A stretch of 33,165 nt of DNA from a virus. The stretch spans positions 1 to 33,165 of IMG/VR virus record IMGVR_UViG_3300045988_164547; one strand, 5' to 3'. The position numbers were made by a program, and so were the translations under genes. A model generated the notes under the pieces. It was not told the origin of the DNA. It saw only the letters and a program-made list of their open reading frames with translations, and made no database searches. Positions 9,500 through 16,736 of the stretch are shown here, one piece after another; the stretch's first letter is position 1, and every line of letters begins with the position of its first letter.

Positions 9500-11257
9500 A
9501 TGGCTATAAAACTTGAAGCGACAGCAAATGAAATTGAGCTTAAAAAAAACAGGATAAAAAGTCTTAACGAAGTAACTGACCACGATGAAGGTTATCCTAC
9601 TGCTCTTGCGGCCAAGCAATATGCAGATAGTCTCAAAGTAACAGTAGATACCGAGTTATCAGACAAATCGGATAATCCATTACAAAATAAGGTTATCACA
9701 GAAGAACTCAAAAAGCTTAAAGAGTTAAGAGAGACTCAATCAGATTGGAATGTGAATGATACCGCAAATCCGTCCTATGTGAAGAACCGACCGTTCTATA
9801 GCGAAAAGATTGAATCTGATGTATGGGAATTTACAGTTCCAATTACGAATGAGGCAACAGGCGAAGGATTCTATGTTTCTATTCCAATGCCTGATGCTGA
9901 TTTATCTCAATTTACAGACGGACAAGAGTTAGACTACGAAGTTTATGACAATGGGGAGCTTCAAAGCTCGGGTACTAATATATTCTTTAAATCTGTAAAT
10001 ATAAGAGAAATGTTTGAAGATGAATATACAACGGTAGATGCGGATGTTCCTAATGAGTTAATGGGAATGGGAGAAGATGCAGAAAATGTTGGTATTATAT
10101 TTGGTATTACATTAGAGATAACTGATATAGAACAAGGTACTGCCATTATTCATAATACTCCAAACGCTTGCTATGTAATTGGACCTGGATACGGTGGAAA
10201 TGAAAAATATGCAGCTCAAGTTAAATTCAAAAATTTCAAAAACATGATAGACCACGTAAACCAAATTCCTAATAAGTATATAAACTGGGATGTTTATGTC
10301 AACAATAAAAAGTGGAAATGGGAATATCGCGCGTCTGCAATGCCATTTGATACTCAACCTACTATTATAACAGGCAATGTGAGTAAGCTCAAAGCAGATA
10401 CTTTCTACTTTATTAAGTATACTGATACTGCTGACACAAAATTTAAATTGACTTATGGTGCCGACATATTTGTTGATGACACATTAGAATTTAATCGTAA
10501 CAATGCTTGGAGCGACAACTATGAATTGATTCATTGTATATCTGTAGATATTGCAAGTAACACAGCGATATTTGGGAAACCTCATCTTAATAGCGACGAA
10601 CTTATTAGTTGTAGCATCCCCAACAACACTAAGAATTTAAGAATAAAAATTTCTACAAGAGCTGTCAATATGGACATAAAGAATTCGCCAAATCCAGTAT
10701 ATAAAAATAATATGTGGGGTGCCGCTGTTATATTTTCAGCTGATGGTAACCTAATTAAAGGAAACAATTATACTACTATAGGATGTTTCACACAAACTGG
10801 ATTTAACAACTCAAACAATTCTTTAACAGCGAAAGAAACAATAGTGAGGGGAGAAGCCGTAGGGTTGTTACTTAGTTCCGGTTCAAACCCCGCCTGTGTC
10901 ATTGACCCAACTACAGAAAATGAACCTGCCCAAATAAAACATCCAAGATATGAAGGTTTAATCCAGAATGATTTTAGTATAACAGTAGCAGATGACCGAC
11001 GTTCATATAATATGGAAGGTACTTCAACTGGAGTTTGTTGGGAACCGATAAATTCTGTTACATTTACAAACTCATTTGACCTCTCCGGTATCAAAGCTAC
11101 ATATCCAATTCAGTGTTACTCCCAGTTGCAGAGTACAGATAAAAAGTTATTCTTCAAAACAAATGAAGCTAACAACAAGAGAACACAATTATTGATTTCA
11201 ACAGGAGATGCAATGCTTACAGGATTTTCAATCACAGTAGAGGGGGAAATAGAATAA
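9500..11257 (+). CDS. Tail fibre / receptor-binding protein
   Basis: 585 aa. N-terminal anchor motif (SDWNVNDTANPSYVKNRPFY) is typical of Firmicutes prophage fibres, and the C-terminal part is divergent. Confidence 0.65.
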   Translation: MAIKLEATANEIELKKNRIKSLNEVTDHDEGYPTALAAKQYADSLKVTVDTELSDKSDNPLQNKVITEELKKLKELRETQSDWNVNDTANPSYVKNRPFYSEKIESDVWEFTVPITNEATGEGFYVSIPMPDADLSQFTDGQELDYEVYDNGELQSSGTNIFFKSVNIREMFEDEYTTVDADVPNELMGMGEDAENVGIIFGITLEITDIEQGTAIIHNTPNACYVIGPGYGGNEKYAAQVKFKNFKNMIDHVNQIPNKYINWDVYVNNKKWKWEYRASAMPFDTQPTIITGNVSKLKADTFYFIKYTDTADTKFKLTYGADIFVDDTLEFNRNNAWSDNYELIHCISVDIASNTAIFGKPHLNSDELISCSIPNNTKNLRIKISTRAVNMDIKNSPNPVYKNNMWGAAVIFSADGNLIKGNNYTTIGCFTQTGFNNSNNSLTAKETIVRGEAVGLLLSSGSNPACVIDPTTENEPAQIKHPRYEGLIQNDFSITVADDRRSYNMEGTSTGVCWEPINSVTFTNSFDLSGIKATYPIQCYSQLQSTDKKLFFKTNEANNKRTQLLISTGDAMLTGFSITVEGEIE

Positions 11258-11448
11258 TGGAGCTAAGCAAGAAAGATAACAAGGTCGAATATGAAGCAGC
11301 AATGAAGCTTATCCAAGACTTCAATAATAAACTCGAAAAGCAAAGAGAATTCCTCCAAAATCAAGTAACAGATTCTCAAAGACTTGAAGCCCTTGAAAGT
11401 GCTGTTGCAGATTTGATGATGCTTTCTATCAAGGAGGAAAATCAATGA
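11257..11448 (+). CDS. Small coiled-coil protein (tail/lysis junction)
   Basis: 63 aa, TAATG-coupled start. Confidence 0.4.
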   Translation: MELSKKDNKVEYEAAMKLIQDFNNKLEKQREFLQNQVTDSQRLEALESAVADLMMLSIKEENQ

Positions 11449-11588
11449 AAGAGTTCATAATACTTCAATTCAAACTACATAAAGAAGGTAAATCCGCTAT
11501 TCCGATAGAATCATTAGATATTCTTGCGAAGAAGGTTTTAACTGCGGAGGAATATTCAGGATTACTCAATTTGTTAAAAATATTTTAG
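11445..11588 (+). CDS. XkdX-family small phage protein
   Basis: 47-aa ORF absent from the supplied track. ATGA-coupled start. The C-terminal LTAEEYSGLL resembles the XkdX signature. Confidence 0.5.
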   Translation: MKEFIILQFKLHKEGKSAIPIESLDILAKKVLTAEEYSGLLNLLKIF

Positions 11589-11603
11589 AAAGCGAGGCAG
11601 TAA

Positions 11604-11864
11604 ATGAGTGATGCAGTAGCTGTCGCGCTTATATCGGGCGGACTTGCCCTCTTAGGCGTGATTATTACGTCTGTAAGCACTTCTCGCAGAATGACCGCAC
11701 AGCTTGAGCGCAATCAAGCTGTTATCGATACAAAGATAGAAGAGCTTACACGCGAAGTGAGATTGCATAACAACTTCGCGCAGCGTATACCCGTTATAGA
11801 AAGAGACATAAAAGTCATAAATCATCGGATCGATGATTTAGAAAACTTACATAAAGGAGCATAA
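11604..11864 (+). CDS. Membrane-anchored coiled-coil protein, lysis-associated (possible holin or holin accessory)
   Basis: 86 aa. One N-terminal transmembrane segment (VAVALISGGLALLGVIITSV) followed by a coiled coil. Located directly upstream of the lysin. Confidence 0.45.
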   Translation: MSDAVAVALISGGLALLGVIITSVSTSRRMTAQLERNQAVIDTKIEELTREVRLHNNFAQRIPVIERDIKVINHRIDDLENLHKGA

Positions 11865-11869
11865 AAAAT

Positions 11870-12799
11870 ATGAAAATCAATTTAAAGCAGAGGTTCAAAA
11901 ACAAGACGTTTGTTGTATCGTTGGCAACACTTCTCTTAGCAACCGTGTATCAGATACTCGGAATGTTCGATGTCGTACCTAAGGTGAGCGAGGATACATT
12001 GACAAGCGGCTTAATGCTTGTCGTCAATCTGTTGTCTGCTCTCGGCATTCTTGTCGATCCGACAACAGAGGGATTGTCGGACTCGAAGAGAGCGCTTACA
12101 TATGGCACGGCAGATGATGTAAGACAGAATGAAGAAACGGGCGGATATGCGGCAGGAATGCTTTTCTCAGGGCGCAACCGCGTAACGCAGCCGTACACCT
12201 ATAACGTCAATACCAAAAAGGGACACGGCGGTATAGACATAGTCGGAGATGATGATAGAACCGTCCACGCGGTAGAGGGCGGCACAGTATCAATGGTTTC
12301 CGTCTGGGACGGCAAAACCAAAACAGGCACACAGAGCTATGGCAACCTTGTTGTTATAACCGATTCAACCGGCAAGAGACACTTCTATGCGCATCTTGCG
12401 TCTATCTATATGCATAAGGGTCAGAGGGTATCCGCGGGGGATGTTGTCGGCATAATGGGTAACACCGGAAACAGCTTCGGTGCGCATACTCATTATGAGG
12501 TTCGCACAGGGCAGGGCACGGTTACGCGCATAAATCCTGCCGAGTTTTGCGGCGTTCTGAACGCCAAAGGTACATATGCGAACAATGTGTCTGCGGCACC
12601 TGCTCCGTCACACAGAGGCACAGCCTACACTATGACGTGCAAGATGTTATATGTCAGAAAAGGGCCGTCTGTAAGGTATCGCCGAGTCGGGCAGTTCTCA
12701 AGAGGTGAAATCTTCTACGTTGTCGCTCGACAGGGCAATTGGTGTCAGTTGGAAAGCGGCAACTGGATGTGCGCGGGTAAGTATCTTAAGAGAGTGTAA
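11870..12799 (+). CDS. Holin-domain / M23 peptidase / SH3b fusion endolysin
   Basis: N-terminus MKINLKQRFKNKTF...DPTTEGLSDSKRALTY matches the phiLC3-type holin pattern. M23 motifs HGGID and HTHYE are present. The C-terminus is SH3b-like (YVRKGPS...GNWCQLESGNW). Confidence 0.75.
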   Translation: MKINLKQRFKNKTFVVSLATLLLATVYQILGMFDVVPKVSEDTLTSGLMLVVNLLSALGILVDPTTEGLSDSKRALTYGTADDVRQNEETGGYAAGMLFSGRNRVTQPYTYNVNTKKGHGGIDIVGDDDRTVHAVEGGTVSMVSVWDGKTKTGTQSYGNLVVITDSTGKRHFYAHLASIYMHKGQRVSAGDVVGIMGNTGNSFGAHTHYEVRTGQGTVTRINPAEFCGVLNAKGTYANNVSAAPAPSHRGTAYTMTCKMLYVRKGPSVRYRRVGQFSRGEIFYVVARQGNWCQLESGNWMCAGKYLKRV

Positions 12800-12821
12800 T
12801 TGGATAAAGCCTAATAAAAAA

Positions 12822-12855
12822 TAAAATACCGGGTAGATTACTCTACTCGGTATTT
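12822..12855. terminator. Bidirectional terminator between the convergent lysin and integrase genes
   Basis: Stem ATACCGGGTAG / CTACTCGGTAT, flanked by an A-run upstream and a short, interrupted T-rich stretch (TTTTAT) downstream. It overlaps the integrase stop codon. Confidence 0.55.
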
Positions 12856-14391
12856 TATCGTATACCCAAACAAGCTCTTAAAAAAGAACAAAGAGTTCGG
12901 ATTATACTCCTTTGGTGGAGAATTACGTTTCATATCCGAACTTCCGTCGGCATTAACTCTATATGTTTGAGTGTTCCCTTTTAGGTTATAAACGGTTGTT
13001 ATCTTGTATCCTCCGTCAGGCTCGTCCCATACCGTGACAGAATTGATTAGCGTATCAATCAAATGTCTGCGAAAGTCCTCGTCTTCTATGTCACCACTCA
13101 AGAACTGAGATAACCAACCCACAATGACGGTCTTATCCAATGTGAGATATTCACTCTTAGCGGCATCGAGTCTCAACTCGGTGTCCTTTTTTCTTTTTTC
13201 TAACTCTTTGAGCCTTGAGTCAAGAGTCTCCGATTCAACACCACGCTCTACCATTTTAAGCAGATTTTTGATGCTTGTATTTATCTCCTTTAAGTCAGCA
13301 GTCAATGCCGGGATTATAGCGTCACTCTCTATATCCTCTCTATTACACTTGATAGCCATATCTGCGATAGTGTTTATCATTTCAGGGGTGATTAACCGCA
13401 TAGCGTTCTCAGCTACTATACGCTCTATAAGGTCTTTGCGTATTGTTCTTTTCTTGCACGAATGGAAACGCTTACGAGTGCTGCACGAGTAGTAATAATA
13501 GGTCTCCCCTGTTTTACTTCTTCCGCTATCGCCCGTCATATTAGCACCACAATGCCCACAGAACAGCTTTTGAGATAATAGGTAATTCACTCTTGCCTTA
13601 CCACGTGCAGGAGCTTGTGCGTTCGCAGAGAGCCTTTTTTGCACAGTCTCGAATGTTTCTTTATCTATAATAGCAGGAATACCTCCCTCTATACGAATAT
13701 CCTTATATGTATATGTCCCTATATACTTCTCGTTTCTAAGCATAGTTTTAAACGAGTTTTTATTGAACTCAGTTCCCTTTTTGGTGCGATAACCTTGACT
13801 GTTGAATTTTTCGCATATCTCGGAGATAGTTGCCCCTCCTGCATATAAGTCAAACGCCTCTTTGACTATTTGCGCGTTGAGCTCGTCAACAGTAAGCTTT
13901 TTATCGACCGTTTTGTACCCCAAAGGGATTGCACCGCCGGTGCTGTTGCACTTATGTGCCGACTCATTCAGACCTCGGCTCACTTTTTGCGAGAGCTCCT
14001 TAGAGTAAAACTCGGCCATTCCCTCAAGGACTGACTCAAGTATAACGCCCTCAGGGCTGTCGGATATGTTTTCTGTTGCGGATATAACCTTGACCCCGTT
14101 CTTTTTCAGGCGCACTTTATAGGTAGCGGAGTCATAGCGATTGCGGGCGAATCTGTCAAGCTTATAGACAACAACCCCCTGCCATAACCCGTTACTGCTG
14201 TCCCGTATCATCCGGCAGAAGTTAGTACGCTTCGCAGTTTCCTTATAAGCGGACGTTGCGCGGTCTATATATTCTCCAACGACGTTATATCCTTGTCGCT
14301 CGCAGAAGTCCATACAGACCCTCTTTTGCCCCTCTATAGACTGCTCCGTTTGTCTATCGCTACTGTATCTCATATATAGAACAACATTCAT
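12838..14391 (-). CDS. int: Large serine recombinase (phage integrase)
   Basis: Resolvase-type N-terminus (VLYMRYSSDRQ...YKLDRFARN), a recombinase domain, and a Cys-rich zinc ribbon (CGHCGANM...YYYYSCS). Start set at MNVVLYM after a GGAGG RBS. Confidence 0.9.
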   Translation of the reverse strand: MNVVLYMRYSSDRQTEQSIEGQKRVCMDFCERQGYNVVGEYIDRATSAYKETAKRTNFCRMIRDSSNGLWQGVVVYKLDRFARNRYDSATYKVRLKKNGVKVISATENISDSPEGVILESVLEGMAEFYSKELSQKVSRGLNESAHKCNSTGGAIPLGYKTVDKKLTVDELNAQIVKEAFDLYAGGATISEICEKFNSQGYRTKKGTEFNKNSFKTMLRNEKYIGTYTYKDIRIEGGIPAIIDKETFETVQKRLSANAQAPARGKARVNYLLSQKLFCGHCGANMTGDSGRSKTGETYYYYSCSTRKRFHSCKKRTIRKDLIERIVAENAMRLITPEMINTIADMAIKCNREDIESDAIIPALTADLKEINTSIKNLLKMVERGVESETLDSRLKELEKRKKDTELRLDAAKSEYLTLDKTVIVGWLSQFLSGDIEDEDFRRHLIDTLINSVTVWDEPDGGYKITTVYNLKGNTQTYRVNADGSSDMKRNSPPKEYNPNSLFFFKSLFGYTIKYRVE

Positions 14392-14440
14392 TGCCTTATA
14401 TCCTCCTTCTGTGTACAAAAATACACTTGCGGAGTATGGG

Positions 14441-14471
14441 TTTCAATGCTATAATAAATGTAGCATTGAAA
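14441..14471. promoter_or_regulatory. Perfect 11-bp inverted repeat (TTTCAATGCTA-N9-TAGCATTGAAA): candidate attP core or int operator
   Basis: Read directly from the sequence. Lies immediately upstream of the serine integrase gene and overlaps promoter-like hexamers on both strands. Confidence 0.4.
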
Positions 14472-14557
14472 ACGGCGTGAGTTCGTACAGTGTCATTTTC
14501 GTACTCTTGTTTTTAATGCAGCCCCCTGTTCCAGCAGGGGGTGTTTTTTTATTTTTT
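14462..14557 (+). ncRNA. Candidate ~95-nt transcript: extended -10 promoter plus strong intrinsic terminator, antisense to the int leader
   Basis: TGcTATAAT at 14447-14455. Terminator stem CCCCCTG/CAGGGGG at 14522-14541, followed by T7-A-T7. No SD-preceded ORF. Confidence 0.35.
14522..14557 (+). terminator. Intrinsic terminator (plus-strand orientation)
   Basis: GC-rich 7-bp stem, 6-nt loop and a long T tract. The T tract overlaps the 3' end of the minus-strand gene 14549..15523. Confidence 0.65.
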
Positions 14558-15523
14558 TATCCTTTTAAACCCCATTATTTGCATATATTTCTTTAGCGAC
14601 ACCGGCTTTCCCGTGCATATATGCTTATATTCATAATATTTTCTTTGCATTTTTTCATAGTCGATATCGTTTTGCTTTTTAATAATATAATGTTCATACT
14701 CTTCTTTGTCTTTTTCCGTTCTATCATCAACGAACGGTCTATTACTATATAAAACCGGGTCAACTTCAACTAATTCGGCTCTATCCGTTGAATACTTTGA
14801 CATAGAAAAACATCCTTCAATGACTGGAAAAAATACGTGCCTACACCCTTTGTGAAAGCCGCCATATTTCAATACGCTATCCGGAAGTTTAGGATATTTT
14901 TCACTTTTACCGGAAATTGAATATACTCTCCCCTGCAACTTTGCACACTCTGAACAAGTTGCGAAGTGAACGGAACATTCAACTAAATCTGTATTAAATA
15001 ATTTTGCTCTTTTCAATATATCATTAGTTTGTTCTTGTTCTGTAACATCATTCTTATTATCGATTTGTGCCTTTAATTTGTCTCCATCGTCAAGCCATCC
15101 GTCTTTCCATAATTTAATAACCAACCTCATAAAATCTTTTCTTGTATAACCTGCAGGTGAAGCTTTCATCATATTGTATGTAATTGGCACAAGAATTTTC
15201 GATATCTTAATATTTTCCAGTTTACATACATACATCAAAAGAACATAAGATAAATCTTCTGTAACTTTTGGCAGTCCGCCATTTTGAAATGCGAATTTTG
15301 GCACTACAAGCGTTTTACAACTTTCAACATCATTCAAATTATAGACCTTACCGTCAGAAATTATAATATTTGCAGTATAATATATTTTTCTGTGTTCATA
15401 TAAGGAATTCTTACTAAAGCCTGAAACAGCATAAATAACGCCATTTTTATATATTGGGATATTTTTTACTTCAAATTGTTTTTTGGCTTTTATAATGGCT
15501 TTTAATTCCGCAAATGAGAGCAT
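14549..15523 (-). CDS. MuF / minor-capsid-2-family domain protein encoded in the lysogeny module (accessory, function unknown)
   Basis: 324 aa with a GAGGTGG RBS. Motif SVHFATCSECAKLQGRVYS...YPKLP...GFHKGCRHVFFP matches the MuF-family core (H..C..C..QG.vy...CRH.f.P). Visibly AT-richer than its neighbours. Confidence 0.6.
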   Translation of the reverse strand: MLSFAELKAIIKAKKQFEVKNIPIYKNGVIYAVSGFSKNSLYEHRKIYYTANIIISDGKVYNLNDVESCKTLVVPKFAFQNGGLPKVTEDLSYVLLMYVCKLENIKISKILVPITYNMMKASPAGYTRKDFMRLVIKLWKDGWLDDGDKLKAQIDNKNDVTEQEQTNDILKRAKLFNTDLVECSVHFATCSECAKLQGRVYSISGKSEKYPKLPDSVLKYGGFHKGCRHVFFPVIEGCFSMSKYSTDRAELVEVDPVLYSNRPFVDDRTEKDKEEYEHYIIKKQNDIDYEKMQRKYYEYKHICTGKPVSLKKYMQIMGFKRIKK

Positions 15524-15608
15524 TATACCACCTCAAAATCTTTCCTTTTCCTGTTTACAATAAAACTTAACTTACAGCCCTGAGTCCCATTATTGGTACA
15601 GAGAACTA

Positions 15609-15637
15609 TTGACAAAGAAATTAACTTGTGATATTCT
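15609..15637 (+). promoter_or_regulatory. Sigma-A-type promoter (TTGACA-17-TATTCT with a TGn extension)
   Basis: TTGACA at 15609-15614, TGa at 15629-15631, TATTCT at 15632-15637. Confidence 0.45.
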
Positions 15638-15642
15638 TCAAT

Positions 15643-15656
15643 CGAACATTTGTTCT
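15643..15656. promoter_or_regulatory. Cheo-type LexA (SOS) box CGAACATTTGTTCT
   Basis: Matches the Gram-positive consensus CGAAC-N4-GTTC(G). It sits at the predicted +1 of the promoter at 15609-15637. Confidence 0.55.
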
Positions 15657-15679
15657 GATGTTCTGAAAGGAGCGTAAAA

Positions 15680-15835
15680 ATGACACTGTACGAAAATGAA
15701 TTATTAGATATAATTCATTCTGCGCCTAACAAAGAATACGCTCTCATAAAGGCTCTTGAGATTATTATTTCGTTGAAAGAGCAGCCTTCAACATCTCAAG
15801 AACCATCTTCTGCTTGTCCTCGGGAAGACCCCTGA
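15680..15835 (+). CDS. Small protein (51 aa), candidate SOS-controlled antirepressor; its 3' end overlaps the repressor gene antisense
   Basis: AAAGGAG RBS 7 nt upstream of the ATG. MTLYENELLDIIHSAPNKEYALIKALEIIISLKEQ... Not in the supplied track because it is under 60 aa. Confidence 0.45.
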   Translation: MTLYENELLDIIHSAPNKEYALIKALEIIISLKEQPSTSQEPSSACPREDP

Positions 15836-16100
15836 ATAGTTCAAGCAGCCCCTTTTCCTCTTCGGATAATTCCGGAGAGGATTTTTCTTTATGCATGGGT
15901 ACATCTGCTCCCATAAGCCAAGCGATTGATACTCCGAGAGCAGTTGCTATCTCTTCCACACGATTTTGTTTAGGCGAGTACCTACCTCTTCTGTAATTAG
16001 AAATAGTACCCTCATTTACACCTATTCTACGAGCAAGTTCAGCTGGCGAAACGTCTCTTTTTTTGAGTGCTTCATCTAAGCGCTCACTAAATTTAATCAT
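15765..16100 (-). CDS. XRE-family HTH repressor (CI-like, no S24 peptidase domain)
   Basis: 111 aa. HTH segment SPAELARRIGVNEGTISNYRRG. Divergent from the early operon. The C-terminal 45 aa lack Ser/Lys peptidase motifs. Confidence 0.8.
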   Translation of the reverse strand: MIKFSERLDEALKKRDVSPAELARRIGVNEGTISNYRRGRYSPKQNRVEEIATALGVSIAWLMGADVPMHKEKSSPELSEEEKGLLELFRGLPEDKQKMVLEMLKAALSTK

Positions 16101-16117
16101 ATTTTCACCTCGAACAT

Positions 16118-16145
16118 ATTATACATTGTTTTTTGAAAAGCGCAA
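16118..16145 (-). promoter_or_regulatory. Candidate repressor-maintenance promoter (TTGCGC-16-TATAAT on the minus strand)
   Basis: Hexamers read on the reverse complement. A TTTTGAAAAG motif lies in the spacer. Confidence 0.4.
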
Positions 16146-16185
16146 GTTTTTTTGCCAAAAAAGCAAAAAAACTTTTGAAAAACTA

Positions 16186-16215
16186 TTGACTTTTGAATTT
16201 CAAAAGTGTTATAAT
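16186..16215 (+). promoter_or_regulatory. Early rightward promoter TTGACT-18-TGtTATAAT with an embedded operator palindrome
   Basis: TTGACT at 16186-16191 and TATAAT at 16210-16215. The 19-bp palindrome ACTTTTGAAtTTCAAAAGT at 16189-16207 fills the spacer. Confidence 0.65.
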
Positions 16216-16261
16216 AACTTTGCAATCAAGAGATTGCAAGGCGGTCAAAGGAGTGATGCCT

Positions 16262-16390
16262 ATGACTTACGCAGATTTACTTTTAGAGTTGATTAAGCAT
16301 AATCAACAGCTTCTGTTAGAAGTCGAGAGACTGAAAGAAGAGATAAAAAAATCGTCCTGCCACGAACAGGACGAAGCGGAAACCCAGTAA
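16262..16390 (+). CDS. 42-aa coiled-coil peptide, first ORF of the early operon
   Basis: The track ORF 16193.. overlaps the promoter. AAAGGAG at 16247-16253 fits ATG 16262 (MTYADLLLELIKHNQQ...). Confidence 0.4.
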   Translation: MTYADLLLELIKHNQQLLLEVERLKEEIKKSSCHEQDEAETQ

Positions 16391-16499
16391 CTTTACCATT
16401 GAGAGCGGAACTGACCGCCGACGCTCTCAATGCGGATTCCATATTAAGTATATATTGTAAGTCATAATTTGTCAATTATTTTTTGAAAGGAGTGAAAAA

Positions 16500-16718
16500 A
16501 TGGAATCAATCAAGTACGATTACTCCAAACTTTTAGGCAGAATAAGAGAGCTACATTTGACGCAAGCAAATGTAGCAGCGTTCGCCCACATAAGCGAGAC
16601 TACATTAAGGAACAAACTGAAATCAGAAACTTACTTCTCAGTACCGCAAATCGAAGCCATTATGCAGATGTTACACATCCCGTTAAGCGAAATTGAGCCA
16701 TATTTTTTTACGCACTGA
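16500..16718 (+). CDS. Cro-like HTH regulator (DUF739-like)
   Basis: 72 aa. The KYDYSKLLGRIRE...TQANVA...YFFT pattern is typical of small phage HTH regulators. AAAGGAG RBS. Confidence 0.65.
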   Translation: MESIKYDYSKLLGRIRELHLTQANVAAFAHISETTLRNKLKSETYFSVPQIEAIMQMLHIPLSEIEPYFFTH

Positions 16719-16736
16719 CTTTTAAAATTTAAAAGT
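16718..16736. promoter_or_regulatory. Second operator-like palindrome ACTTTTAAAaTTTAAAAGT
   Basis: Same 9+1+9 architecture as 16189-16207, differing by one symmetric position per half-site plus the central base. Confidence 0.45.

Noticed and set aside
9500-11257. A diversity-generating retroelement or other targeted hypervariation system acting on the tail fibre.
   Set aside because: There is no reverse transcriptase ORF anywhere in the genome. I could not spot a template/variable repeat pair near the fibre 3' end.
14411-14596. Track ORF of 61 aa on the + strand between int and the MuF-like gene.
   Set aside because: It has a non-ATG start and no RBS. It reads straight through a terminator hairpin and T tract. 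The region is better explained as regulatory or non-coding.
16193-16261. The upstream extension of the first early ORF (MNFKSVIITLQ...).
   Set aside because: It would start inside the promoter/operator (16186-16215). The only good RBS (AAAGGAG, 16247-16253) serves ATG 16262.
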